Source: a virus. Taken from it: a stretch of DNA of 64,000 nucleotides. The notes beneath the pieces were generated by a model, which was not told the origin of the DNA, searched no databases, and saw only the letters and a list, made by a program, of their open reading frames with translations. The position numbers and the translations under genes are program-made. Every line of letters starts with the position of its first letter. Within the stretch, counting starts at the first letter, position 1. The DNA is taken from positions 1-64,000 of IMG/VR virus record IMGVR_UViG_3300025636_000001; one strand, given 5' to 3'. Positions 19,561 through 29,189 of the stretch are shown piece by piece.

Positions 19561-20220
19561 ATGACTCAAAATACAGATAAAAAACCGCCCAAGGGGCCAA
19601 TAAGATTTTCAATAACTCTTTCTGAAGAACAAAAAGAAGCTAAGAGCTTAATTTTAAAACATCCTTTTAATTTTATAGTTGGTAATGCAGGTAGTGGTAA
19701 AACACTGCTTGCTGTCCAAGTAGCTTTAGACCAGTTCTTTAAGAGACAGTATAATAAAATCATAATTACAAGACCTACAGTCTCAACAGAAGATAATGGT
19801 TTTTTACCTGGTTCAGAAAAAGAAAAGATGGAGCCTTGGTTGGTTCCAATTCGTTCCAATATGAGGAAGGTTTATAATAAACCGGCCATCTTAGAGAAGA
19901 TGGAAAATGAAGAGAAGATAGAATTAGTATCACTTGCTCATTTTAGAGGAAGGACTTTTGATAACTCTATAGTTATTATAGATGAATTCCAAAACTTAAC
20001 AAGAGCTCAACTAGCCATGGTCTTAGGAAGACTTGGTAAAAATTCAGTTATGATTCTTTGTGGAGATAACCAACAAATTGATTTAAAGGATAAAAATTAC
20101 TCAGCAATTAATGAAGTTGCTAAAATTTTAAATTCTAAATATGTAAGTAAAACCATATTAAAAGATAATCATAGACATGAATCATTAGTGGAAGTATTAG
20201 ATTTATTAGCAAACAATTAA
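19561..20220 (+). CDS. phoH: PhoH-like ATPase
   Basis: GNAGSGKT, ITRP, GFLPG, RGRTF, IIDEFQN, GDNQQID, HRH. Confidence 0.93.
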   Translation: MTQNTDKKPPKGPIRFSITLSEEQKEAKSLILKHPFNFIVGNAGSGKTLLAVQVALDQFFKRQYNKIIITRPTVSTEDNGFLPGSEKEKMEPWLVPIRSNMRKVYNKPAILEKMENEEKIELVSLAHFRGRTFDNSIVIIDEFQNLTRAQLAMVLGRLGKNSVMILCGDNQQIDLKDKNYSAINEVAKILNSKYVSKTILKDNHRHESLVEVLDLLANN

Positions 20221-20234
20221 ACAATTAAAACCAA

Positions 20235-20537
20235 ATGGATTATTTTGAATTAGAATGTGCCGTTGAAGAATGGGCACAAGAAAAAGGAATCTTGGATAAA
20301 GCCACACCAATGGCCCAAGCTCTTAAAACTTTAGAAGAATGTACAGAATTATGTACAGCAATCAACGCAGATGACCGTGAAGAAGTCATTGATGCTATGG
20401 GTGATATTATGGTTACCCTGATCATTCAAGCTAAAATGCAAGGACTTAAATTAGAAGAGTGCCTTGAATCAGCTTATAATGTAATTGCTAAACGTACAGG
20501 TAAGATGGTTAATGGTCAATTTGTAAAAGACAATTAA
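20235..20537 (+). CDS. MazG-like NTP pyrophosphohydrolase
   Basis: KTLEECTEL...EEVIDAMGDIMVTL; AYNVIAKRTGKMVNGQFVK. Confidence 0.85.
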   Translation: MDYFELECAVEEWAQEKGILDKATPMAQALKTLEECTELCTAINADDREEVIDAMGDIMVTLIIQAKMQGLKLEECLESAYNVIAKRTGKMVNGQFVKDN

Positions 20538-20538
20538 T

Positions 20539-20739
20539 ATGGAATTACATCAAGTACCTAGAGGCTCTAAAATAAAAGTTAAATCTGATATAAAAGTTCC
20601 TCCCGGAGCTCCTGCAATTCAGGAAGAACAAATACTAATTTTTAATCACATAGATGGGATGTATTCTCATTGTTTAGATTTAAAAGGTAATGTTGTTCAT
20701 CTTGTTGCATGGGCTGACGTAGAAATAGTGAATGATTAA
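20539..20739 (+). CDS. Small hypothetical protein
   Basis: 66-aa ORF, HIDGMYS motif, coupled on both sides. Confidence 0.65.
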   Translation: MELHQVPRGSKIKVKSDIKVPPGAPAIQEEQILIFNHIDGMYSHCLDLKGNVVHLVAWADVEIVND

Positions 20740-21565
20740 AGTACAAGAGACTAAAACTCTTGTTACTAAGGACAATAATAATAGTGCTAACTGCATTGCT
20801 CCTAACCTTATATATGGTTGTTTTGGAGGATGTGTTAGCACTTATTGTTATATGTCAAGATACAATGACAAGAGAGTCTATGTAAATACAAACGTAGATC
20901 AGATATTTCAGTCTGTTGTTGAATGGGAAAAGTCTTATGATAAAGTACCGGATCAACAAGACCCCATATACACTATGGTAGATATTGCATGTAATACAGA
21001 TTTAGTATTAATGCAGAAACATTTACCTGAACCACTGTTACATTATCTTAAACGTTATGATGATCACCCGCAGCTTAATAGCACAATGGCTACTAAGTAT
21101 CCTGGATTACTAACCTTAGACGTTAGTAGTTTCAACAAGAAACCTAGAGTGCGTGTAAGTCTTATGCCACAGAAGTACTCTGATATACTTGAACCCAAGA
21201 TGTCAAGTATCTTGAGCCGTATACATGACATTAACCGTCTCAAAGACTTAGGATGGGAAGTACATTGTAATTACAGTCCACTTATATTTTACCCCGGATG
21301 GAAAGAAGAGTATGATAATTTATTTAAACAAGTAAAAGATATTGCTGGTGAAAATAAATGTGAAGTAATTGCACTTACAAATCATAAGTTTCAAATGATT
21401 AGATCTTCAAATGAAGCTCAAGAATTAATGAAATACAGCTCAGAAGTGAAGAATAAAAGTGGTGTATTAAGATACCCCTTGAGCCATAAATCAAGATTAT
21501 TAAATGAGTTTAAAACAATATATAGTAAATATTTTGACTTAAAAACAATTAGATATATATTTTAA
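20732..21565 (+). CDS. Spore photoproduct lyase-like radical SAM protein
   Basis: GCFGGCVSTYCY cluster motif, IACNTD (cf. SplB ASCTSD), ATKY, RVRVSL, EPKMSSILSRI, PLIFYPGWKEEY. Confidence 0.78.
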   Translation: MIKVQETKTLVTKDNNNSANCIAPNLIYGCFGGCVSTYCYMSRYNDKRVYVNTNVDQIFQSVVEWEKSYDKVPDQQDPIYTMVDIACNTDLVLMQKHLPEPLLHYLKRYDDHPQLNSTMATKYPGLLTLDVSSFNKKPRVRVSLMPQKYSDILEPKMSSILSRIHDINRLKDLGWEVHCNYSPLIFYPGWKEEYDNLFKQVKDIAGENKCEVIALTNHKFQMIRSSNEAQELMKYSSEVKNKSGVLRYPLSHKSRLLNEFKTIYSKYFDLKTIRYIF

Positions 21566-21566
21566 T

Positions 21567-21598
21567 TTTGTTTCTAAGATTATATTTGTTATATTTAC
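21567..21598 (+). promoter_or_regulatory. Bacteroidota-like promoter
   Basis: TTTG at 21567, TATATTTG at 21581 and TATATTTAC at 21590, upstream of the ATG at 21616. Confidence 0.4.
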
Positions 21599-21615
21599 AC
21601 TTTAAAAATTTACAA

Positions 21616-22458
21616 ATGCCAAAACTAATAAAAGATACAACAAGAAGCTATTTAGAAGCAGCTTCACTTCCGTCTCACGGGGATAGCTATACGGTTATAC
21701 CTCATAAAGATGTTATAGAAAACACTCTTAACATGTTGAATGCCAGTGGCTTTACTGTTACAAGAGAAATGTATAGAGCAAATATAAATGCAAACGTTGC
21801 TCAGGGAATTTATCATATCATACCAACACGTTCTCTTGATGATAAGATAAATCAAGAATCAGAATTAGGAATGATGTTTGCTTGGACGAACTCTTATGAC
21901 AAAACAACTAGATTTCAGTGTGCCGTAGGTGCATATGTTGGAGTATGTTATAACGGTATGGTTTCTGGAGACATGATGAACTTTGCAAGAAAACACACTG
22001 GTTCTGCAGATTATGAAGTTAGAATGCAAATTTCTAATCAAATTAAAAATGCTGAAAAGCATTATAGAAAAATGATTGATGATAAAGATTCATTAAAGCA
22101 GGTAAATCTTTCATTTAAAGAACAATCTGAACTATTAGGTAGATTGTATGCGGATGAAGAATTGCTGGATGTAGGACAGCTTACAACTGTTAAATCAGAA
22201 ATGAAAGATCCATCATATGAATATGATGCTGATGCAGAAAATGCTTGGACTTTTTATAATCATGTAACACATGCGCTTAAGAAGACTCATCCAAGACATT
22301 GGTTAAGTAGTACTCAAAAGTTTCATGACTTTATGGTAGCTGATTTATTAGGTCAAATGGGTATTCAAATACAAGATACTACTGATGCAGTAGAAGAAGA
22401 GTCTTTACAAGAAACTCCTCAATATAATTTGTTTGAACCAGCAACATTTGATTTATAA
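21616..22458 (+). CDS. DUF932/DUF945-like phage protein
   Basis: SYTVIPH, NSYDKT, GAYVGVCYNGM, RKHTG, NAWTFYNHVTHALK. Confidence 0.7.
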   Translation: MPKLIKDTTRSYLEAASLPSHGDSYTVIPHKDVIENTLNMLNASGFTVTREMYRANINANVAQGIYHIIPTRSLDDKINQESELGMMFAWTNSYDKTTRFQCAVGAYVGVCYNGMVSGDMMNFARKHTGSADYEVRMQISNQIKNAEKHYRKMIDDKDSLKQVNLSFKEQSELLGRLYADEELLDVGQLTTVKSEMKDPSYEYDADAENAWTFYNHVTHALKKTHPRHWLSSTQKFHDFMVADLLGQMGIQIQDTTDAVEEESLQETPQYNLFEPATFDL

Positions 22459-22548
22459 AGTTAATGAAAGAGTATCTGTCAATATTATTAATACTCTTTA
22501 TAATGAGTCTTTTTTATAAAGAAGATAATACAAGAAGGTAAGATTAAG

Positions 22549-22596
22549 AAGGGAACCAACCCCACTGGTTTTTTGCATTTCCGGTGGGCCCTTTTA
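22549..22596 (+). other. GC-rich intergenic stem-loop
   Basis: AAGGG...CCCACTGG-ttttttgcattt-CCGGTGGG-CCCTTTT. Confidence 0.5.
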
Positions 22597-22653
22597 CTTA
22601 TTTAAATTTACAAATCCACCGTAATAAGTAGGGCAAATAAATAAGAAATCAAA

Positions 22654-22818
22654 ATGAAAATAGAAATTTACAGAATGGACCGTTGGCATATAACGCCATC
22701 AATTGTATATTATAATGACATTGACTGGCATGGAGATAGAAGTATAGACTTTGTCTGGTTGAAATGGGGTATTAGTATTATATGTGAACTATGTAAACAA
22801 AAAAAGGGAGACATTTAA
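22654..22818 (+). CDS. Small beta-rich protein (54 aa, not in the ORF track)
   Basis: MKIEIYRMDRWHITPSIVYYNDIDWHGDRSIDFVWLKWGISII...; A-rich start context. Confidence 0.5.
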   Translation: MKIEIYRMDRWHITPSIVYYNDIDWHGDRSIDFVWLKWGISIICELCKQKKGDI

Positions 22819-22833
22819 GCTCCCTTTTATTTT
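22797..22833. terminator. Bidirectional terminator between the convergent + and - blocks
   Basis: AAAAAAGGGAG-acatttaag-CTCCCTTTTATTT. Confidence 0.8.
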
Positions 22834-23119
22834 ACCATTTCACTTTATGTGACCAATATCTTGCAGATAATTTATCAGGTTTTGAATCCTGTGCATTATG
22901 TCTAGCATAGTAAGATTTTTTACGCGCTTTATCTTTTGCAGTTTTTGGATTTTTACCAGCACCCTTTACACCTTGTTGACCAAAACGTATTGTTTTAACC
23001 GTGTCACCTTTCTTAGCAACAACAACGTGTGATTTTGTAGGATGAGAAGGGGTTCTCTTAGGTTTATTATAACCAGAAACTCCTGCTCTTTTTAATCTAC
23101 TATCTTTATTTTTAGCCAT
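22832..23119 (-). CDS. Small basic phage protein
   Basis: Lys/Arg-rich; NKPKRTP.HPTKSHVV, IRFGQQG, YYARH, ARYWSHKVKW. Confidence 0.75.
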   Translation of the reverse strand: MAKNKDSRLKRAGVSGYNKPKRTPSHPTKSHVVVAKKGDTVKTIRFGQQGVKGAGKNPKTAKDKARKKSYYARHNAQDSKPDKLSARYWSHKVKW

Positions 23120-23148
23120 TATTATATTAAATTTAATCTTTTAATTTT

Positions 23149-23850
23149 TTAATAATCCCTAACAAATCTAACATAAGCATACTTATTAGAATTTGCTTGA
23201 TATGCAAATGATATTGTAGAGTCTTCTCCATTATATGAAAAACCAGGAGTACTTTCGTTCGTGCTGCTTATACTTCTCCAATAAAATTCACTACTAGTTT
23301 TATAAAAAATCATAGTATCTCCATTACTACGAGCCCAACCACGTCCTTGACTATCAAATCCAGAGTTTCCAAAATCTAGTTTAGAAGTTATATCCAAAGG
23401 TAAAAAATTAGGAGTACCTCCAGTTCCATTTGTTACATCTGTACTACCACTTAAATACTCTAATGCTTGTTCAAGTTTTGCCCAATCTTGTGAAGTTGGT
23501 AATCTAAAACCATCAGGTGGAGTTAAAGCCTCTGCACCTTGTTTATTGAAAAGTAAACCTCTTGAATTATTACTTGAATCAAACTCAAAATAAACACATG
23601 CAGCTTGATCATTATCTAAATAACTGATTGCTTCTGCTTCTGTAGTAGCAATAGGAATACCAGCTTCAGTTTCGCTAACATTTGGTTTTGTCCAAACTAA
23701 ATTTCCTATTAAAACTTCATTTTCCCCAATAGGCTCAGGAATCGGAAATACTTGTGTATATCCATTATAAATTTTTTGCACATTTTCTGTACCTAGCTTT
23801 ATTTTACCAATTTCATCAAATGTTATATTATTAAATTTAAATTCTCCCAT
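23149..23850 (-). CDS. Fibrobacter succinogenes major-domain (C-type-lectin-like fold) protein, putative adhesin
   Basis: IGNLVW..PN, GLLFN, PPDGFRLPTSQDW..L, SGF...G, FYW, terminal YVRFVRD. Confidence 0.75.
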   Translation of the reverse strand: MGEFKFNNITFDEIGKIKLGTENVQKIYNGYTQVFPIPEPIGENEVLIGNLVWTKPNVSETEAGIPIATTEAEAISYLDNDQAACVYFEFDSSNNSRGLLFNKQGAEALTPPDGFRLPTSQDWAKLEQALEYLSGSTDVTNGTGGTPNFLPLDITSKLDFGNSGFDSQGRGWARSNGDTMIFYKTSSEFYWRSISSTNESTPGFSYNGEDSTISFAYQANSNKYAYVRFVRDY

Positions 23851-23851
23851 A

Positions 23852-25219
23852 TTATACTATTATATAAAGTGTTGAAGCAGATGGACTACTTATAGCTGTA
23901 TATTGAGCTTGAGATAATGTTACTATCTGAGTTACTTTAGCAGAAGGCGTAAAATCGTCTTCATTGTTTTTAACATAATTATCACTAACATCATCTATTC
24001 CATCTAGTTTTGTTTTATCCGCTGCACTCATACTACCTGCTGCAGATGTAGTAGCTGCAGTAATAGATATTGCAGGAGTAGTTCCTCCACTACTAACTAT
24101 AGGAGCAGTTCCTGTTACGCCGTCAATAGAACCTGTTCCGTCTCCAGCTCCTATCAATGTTCTAATTTCCTCAGCTGTGATACCAGTAGCTAAGGTTGGT
24201 GTACCTGAGTCAGATAGTATAGCTGAAGCAGCTGGTTTGTTACTTAGACTATTATAGTCTCCATCAAAAGATGAAGGTGTATATCCTAGAAAGTCTATAA
24301 TTTCTTGGCTTGATAAGCTTAAACTACCACCTAATGTTAAACTACCTGAATCAGTTACAGTGCCAGATAAACTAATACCATTAACTTCACCTGTACCGGA
24401 TACTGAAGTTACTGTTCCAAAACCACTTAAGTCAATATTACCTGTAAAAGCATTTCCAACACCTGTAATTTCTAAATTAGATCCGTTAAGTGCAACGCCT
24501 GATATATAATCAATATCATTTGTATTTGTATCTAATAATGAAGATAAATCTAAAGTAAATGTTGTAGCATCATCACGTGTGAAAGTTGCTATACCTGTTT
24601 GAGCATCTAATGTACCACTTACAAGTCTTGCTAGATTTGTATCATCTAAGTATAAAGATAAGTCAATATCTGTATCAGCATTATTCTCATCAGTATATGT
24701 AAGGACATTTGCATTAATACTCAAACTGGTTACTGTTTCAGATACATTAACACCTGTATTATAATTTTTTAAACCTTCTACTGTAAGTAACGTTGTACTA
24801 TCATTAATAGAATCTTCAATATCATTTACAATTGCATTTACTGAATATGATCCAGGATTACCAGTTAGTGTTATATTACCAGTAACTTTAAAATTACCCG
24901 TAACTTTACCTTCAGTTGCTTGAGCATTTTGGCTAAATATAGAATCAACAATGGTTTGCACATTGCAATTATTAGAATCAACAGTAGACCACATTGGTAA
25001 TGTGTATTCTTGACCTGTTCCACTTATTAAACCGCTAATAATTTCACATTTAAGATTATCAAATCTAATTGCATGTGGTTTCATTTTAGGTGAATACAAT
25101 GGATTACCAACCGAGCTTGCTTTTTGTCTACCAAATTCAAACCAATCTTTAGTAAGATTTAATTCTTCTTTGTCTTCTTTTCTGTCTAAAAGATTTAAGA
25201 CCTCTTGTATAAAATTCAT
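23852..25219 (-). CDS. Tail fibre-like protein
   Basis: Gly/Ser/Thr-rich fibre motifs (GTVTSV, TAPIVSSGGTTPAIS, GSMSAADKTKLDGI, LSQAQYTAI...TLYII); N-terminus nearly identical to the 25278 gene. Confidence 0.75.
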   Translation of the reverse strand: MNFIQEVLNLLDRKEDKEELNLTKDWFEFGRQKASSVGNPLYSPKMKPHAIRFDNLKCEIISGLISGTGQEYTLPMWSTVDSNNCNVQTIVDSIFSQNAQATEGKVTGNFKVTGNITLTGNPGSYSVNAIVNDIEDSINDSTTLLTVEGLKNYNTGVNVSETVTSLSINANVLTYTDENNADTDIDLSLYLDDTNLARLVSGTLDAQTGIATFTRDDATTFTLDLSSLLDTNTNDIDYISGVALNGSNLEITGVGNAFTGNIDLSGFGTVTSVSGTGEVNGISLSGTVTDSGSLTLGGSLSLSSQEIIDFLGYTPSSFDGDYNSLSNKPAASAILSDSGTPTLATGITAEEIRTLIGAGDGTGSIDGVTGTAPIVSSGGTTPAISITAATTSAAGSMSAADKTKLDGIDDVSDNYVKNNEDDFTPSAKVTQIVTLSQAQYTAISSPSASTLYIIV

Positions 25220-25277
25220 AGTTGTTTAATATTATTTTTTTATTTATTTAAATTTAATACTCATATTGGATTATTAA

Positions 25278-28200
25278 TTATATACCTACAAATCCAAGAG
25301 CTAAGAGCCTTTCTCTATATATACCCATATAATACTGACCATTTTGTTGAACTTCAAGTGCAGTTCCTGTTTGATTTAGGGATGCAAAAAATAAATCTTG
25401 CTGATTACCTACACCTGTGATTACTCCATGAATTGGGTCGTTTGTATACCCAGCAGCAACATATTTTATAGGTGAAGTGTTATTAGGTACTGGCATAAGA
25501 TTGTTATTTGTCCAATCACCACCAAACGTAGGTGCTGGTCCATTTACTCCCACAACAAGACCTTGAACTAAATCAGCTATATTAGGAGTTGCATTTCCAA
25601 TAACCATATGGACAGCTCTATAAATTTGATTGTTACCTGCTGCAGTTTCTGCTGCTTGAATATAAGACTGTAAGGCTGCAATATCAGATGCAACAAGTTG
25701 ACTTGACGTAGTAGTATTTGGAGATTGATAATCTAGACTAGTCATATAATTAGTATTAGACTCATCACCCCATGCTGCAATTACGACAGTATCTGCATTT
25801 TCAAATTGATCACCCGGATTTGTTGTTAAAGGTCCATTTCCACAATTTGCTAAAAACTTTATAGTATGCTCAGAAGTGCCACCACCTCTCCAGCCAAATT
25901 TAACTTTATTGTCATATTCATCTGAACCATTTGTTGCAGGATTATTTGGAATATTTGCAGCATCTTCTTGAGCTTCTGTTAAACCTATTGCATAAAAATC
26001 TTGTAAAAAAGATCTAGCGGTTAACCTAGTATTATTTGCTCTACCACCATCATAATCAGCTTTTTTCTGAGCAGCCGTTCTTCTAAAGACAAGAGCTGAG
26101 TTAACCGGAAGTGTTACAGGGTTAGTAAGCGTAATAGAGGTATTAGATTTAGTAGATACAGGCTGTCCAGTAACAAAAGCTCCAGTACTTGTTTCATTTC
26201 CTGTCACTTGATCCATTACAAATAGTTCCATACCATCTACTATTAAGTATTGATTATTATAAGGTACATAATTAGAAGTAATATCTGACATATCATTTAC
26301 AAACTGACCTTCACCTGAAGGTCCGCCATCTTGACTTCCTGGGCTAATTATTACGGTAGTACTATTATTAGCTGGAACTGTGTTTATTGTTCTAACATAA
26401 CCAATACTTGATGCTCTTGATAATATTGTTCCTGCTCCATCCATAGATCCAGATGCATCAAACCAATTTACAAAATATGTATTTATAGTTGGCAATATAC
26501 CCGCTATAGTAAAGCTATCTGTTTCAGAAAGAACCGGATTTCCGTCATCGGATACAGTCATATTAACTGTCCATGCTCCACCGGTTGGTGGGTATTGACC
26601 AGATAATGTACCTCCACATCTATTGGAAGGAGTAGGTGTAAAAGTTAACCATTGATTAGCATCAGGTAATGTGTATACCGTATTAGTTGTTTCATCTGTT
26701 ACTGTAACTGTATAAGTTAAATCAGAACAAGGGGTTTCAGCATCTATAGCTGTCCAATTATATTCCCATTGATCTCCTCCAGTTAAATTTGGATAAGTAT
26801 TAGCTGTTACTGGGTTTGTAGATGTCCAAAGAGGTTTATCATTTACAGCACTAATATTTATAGTTATAGTAGCAATATTACTATCACAGTATCCATCATT
26901 TGCTTGAAAAGTAAACTGTTCAACACCATCATAATTAGCATCCGGTGTATATGTCCATACGCCAGTTGCATTATCAAATGTAAATGTACCATTATTAGGT
27001 TGAGTTAGTGCAGTATATGTTAAACCATAACCCCCGTAACCATCGTCTATTGCTTGAGCTGTAGCAGTTAATGTACCACTATCTTCATCAATAGTATAGC
27101 TATCACTAGTTGCTACAGGGCAGCTATTATTTCCATATATAACGCAGTAACACCAATTCATTTGTTTTCCTGTAGTAATATCATGATACATTTCACCAGT
27201 AAACTTAACTTTATCACCAAAACGTAAATGAGACGTTGGATAACCTAAATTTGGTCCAGCTGGAGTAGTTGGAGAATTCCAAGAAGCAAAATTTATGACT
27301 TGTGTTGGGCTCCCCCAAGTAGGAAATTGAATGGCATAATCAGCTAAATTAGAACCTTGTTTAGTATTTTCTGCAATAACAACAACTCTATCTCCATCAA
27401 CAAGCCAATCCATATCTTTAATATTTTTGACTGGTGTTGTTGTGTCATTAAGTTTTATATATGCATTAAAGTTACCATTAGTTGATGCCCAACCATCAGG
27501 TAACATATCTAATGTATCAAAACCAACCTGTGGTTTTATTGATGAAGCATCTCTAAATTTAATTAAATTATCATTTGCTGTATCTCTTACAAGAACTTGA
27601 ACAAGTGTATCATCTTGAGCAAGTGTATCTAATTTTGTTGTTCCGTTGACCTCAACATTACCTTCAAGAAAAGTATTAGTTTCTACATGTAAATCACCCT
27701 CTACTATAGCTTCACCTTCAATTGTAACTTTAGTAGCTGGAGTAGTTGAGTCTCCATCTTGTATTAAGATAGAATCACCTAGTTCATCATCACTTGGTGT
27801 CCATAAAGGTAAACGGTATATAGTTCCTTTACCTGTTACAATATCCAATGAGTCTAGAGTTTGCCACTCTGGTACAGTTCCATTAGATACTAATATAGAA
27901 TTAGCTGCAGATATGGGTAATTCAATTTTTAAGTTGTTTGAATCACCATACCATAGAGCACCATGTGTAAGTGTTTCTACAATATCATCATTACCCCATA
28001 GTACAGTGCCATCAGCTTGTCCAATAAGAACTTGGTTTTCTTGACCTGTATTACCTGCTGCATCTACAATAGCTCCATTAACATAAATACTATCACTAGG
28101 AGTTTTTCCTAATTCAATATCACCATGTAAATGTGAGCTTGGTCCATTTACTAATAGTACTGAACCATCAAATGTAAAGTTTGCATCATCTTCTAACTCT

Positions 28201-29171
28201 CCATCTACACCAACAATAACTACTCTATTATCTGTTAAATCTTCTACGTTTACTGATGCAAGAGTTGATTGTCCGTCTACATCAAGAGTTCCTAATATTT
28301 GTGTGTTACCATCACTTACCTGAACTGTAAAGTTACCAGCTCCTATATTAAGTTCTACACCGTCAAACGTGAAGTTGGCATCATCTTCTAGTTGTCCTCC
28401 TGAGCCTACAATTACAACTCTGTCTTCTGTTAGATCTGTTACTGTTAAACTGCTTGTTGTTAACTCCTCACCATCAAAAGTTAAATTAGGACTATCTTCT
28501 AATTCTCCATCAGGTCCAGCAATAACAAGTCTATCTTCAGTAAGATCTTCTACATTCGCACTAGCAAAGGTAGCTTGATCATCAACATTTAAAGTACCAA
28601 TAATTTGAGTATTACCTGTAGTCACATCAACAGTAAAATTACCTTGACCAATGTTAAATGTAGTTCCATCAAAAGTAAAATTAGCGTCATCTTCCAACTC
28701 TCCGTCTAATCCTACAATAACTATACGGTCTTCAGTTAAATCTTTTATGTTAGCTGATCCTGCTGTAAGTTGTGAATTTATATTAGCATTTTGATCTACT
28801 TGTAAGTTTTGTTCTAATACAGTATTACCTGTAACTCTAAAGTCACCACTAACAAGACCTTCTGTAGCTATATCATCTTGACTAAAGATAGAGTCAACTA
28901 TGGTTTGAACTTTACAATTGTTTATATCAATTGTAGACCACACAGGTAAAGTATGTTCTGTCCCAGTTCCACCAACCAAGCCAGAAATAATTTCACATTT
29001 TAAATCATCAAACCTAATTGTATAATGATCCATCTTAGGTGCATATGATGATTTACCTAAATAACTACTTTTTGTTCTTCCAAACTCAAACCAGTCTCTT
29101 TTTAGTTGTAATTTTTTTTTGTCTTGCTTTCGTTGTAACAAGTTTAAAACCTCTTGTATAAAAATACTCAT
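25278..29171 (-). CDS. Large tail fibre/spike protein with internal repeats and Ig/cadherin-like domains
   Basis: Repeats DLTEDR.VIVG.DGELEDDANFTFDG; PVATSDSYTIDED...WTYTPDANYDG.EQFTF...VNDKP (Big_9/cadherin-like); FDASGSM. Confidence 0.75.
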   Translation of the reverse strand: MSIFIQEVLNLLQRKQDKKKLQLKRDWFEFGRTKSSYLGKSSYAPKMDHYTIRFDDLKCEIISGLVGGTGTEHTLPVWSTIDINNCKVQTIVDSIFSQDDIATEGLVSGDFRVTGNTVLEQNLQVDQNANINSQLTAGSANIKDLTEDRIVIVGLDGELEDDANFTFDGTTFNIGQGNFTVDVTTGNTQIIGTLNVDDQATFASANVEDLTEDRLVIAGPDGELEDSPNLTFDGEELTTSSLTVTDLTEDRVVIVGSGGQLEDDANFTFDGVELNIGAGNFTVQVSDGNTQILGTLDVDGQSTLASVNVEDLTDNRVVIVGVDGELEDDANFTFDGSVLLVNGPSSHLHGDIELGKTPSDSIYVNGAIVDAAGNTGQENQVLIGQADGTVLWGNDDIVETLTHGALWYGDSNNLKIELPISAANSILVSNGTVPEWQTLDSLDIVTGKGTIYRLPLWTPSDDELGDSILIQDGDSTTPATKVTIEGEAIVEGDLHVETNTFLEGNVEVNGTTKLDTLAQDDTLVQVLVRDTANDNLIKFRDASSIKPQVGFDTLDMLPDGWASTNGNFNAYIKLNDTTTPVKNIKDMDWLVDGDRVVVIAENTKQGSNLADYAIQFPTWGSPTQVINFASWNSPTTPAGPNLGYPTSHLRFGDKVKFTGEMYHDITTGKQMNWCYCVIYGNNSCPVATSDSYTIDEDSGTLTATAQAIDDGYGGYGLTYTALTQPNNGTFTFDNATGVWTYTPDANYDGVEQFTFQANDGYCDSNIATITINISAVNDKPLWTSTNPVTANTYPNLTGGDQWEYNWTAIDAETPCSDLTYTVTVTDETTNTVYTLPDANQWLTFTPTPSNRCGGTLSGQYPPTGGAWTVNMTVSDDGNPVLSETDSFTIAGILPTINTYFVNWFDASGSMDGAGTILSRASSIGYVRTINTVPANNSTTVIISPGSQDGGPSGEGQFVNDMSDITSNYVPYNNQYLIVDGMELFVMDQVTGNETSTGAFVTGQPVSTKSNTSITLTNPVTLPVNSALVFRRTAAQKKADYDGGRANNTRLTARSFLQDFYAIGLTEAQEDAANIPNNPATNGSDEYDNKVKFGWRGGGTSEHTIKFLANCGNGPLTTNPGDQFENADTVVIAAWGDESNTNYMTSLDYQSPNTTTSSQLVASDIAALQSYIQAAETAAGNNQIYRAVHMVIGNATPNIADLVQGLVVGVNGPAPTFGGDWTNNNLMPVPNNTSPIKYVAAGYTNDPIHGVITGVGNQQDLFFASLNQTGTALEVQQNGQYYMGIYRERLLALGFVGI
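28165..28770 (-). repeat. Four copies of a ~30-aa coding repeat in the tail fibre
   Basis: DLTEDRIVIVGLDGELEDDANFTFDG / DLTEDRLVIAGPDGELEDSPNLTFDG / DLTEDRVVIVGSGGQLEDDANFTFDG / DLTDNRVVIVGVDGELEDDANFTFDG. Confidence 0.85.
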
Positions 29172-29189
29172 GATTATATATTTTATTAT

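Noticed and set aside
22464-22631. Possible 55-aa ORF MKEYLSILLILFIMSLFY...
   Set aside because: It runs through a strong stem-loop and has no supporting motif; too weak to call
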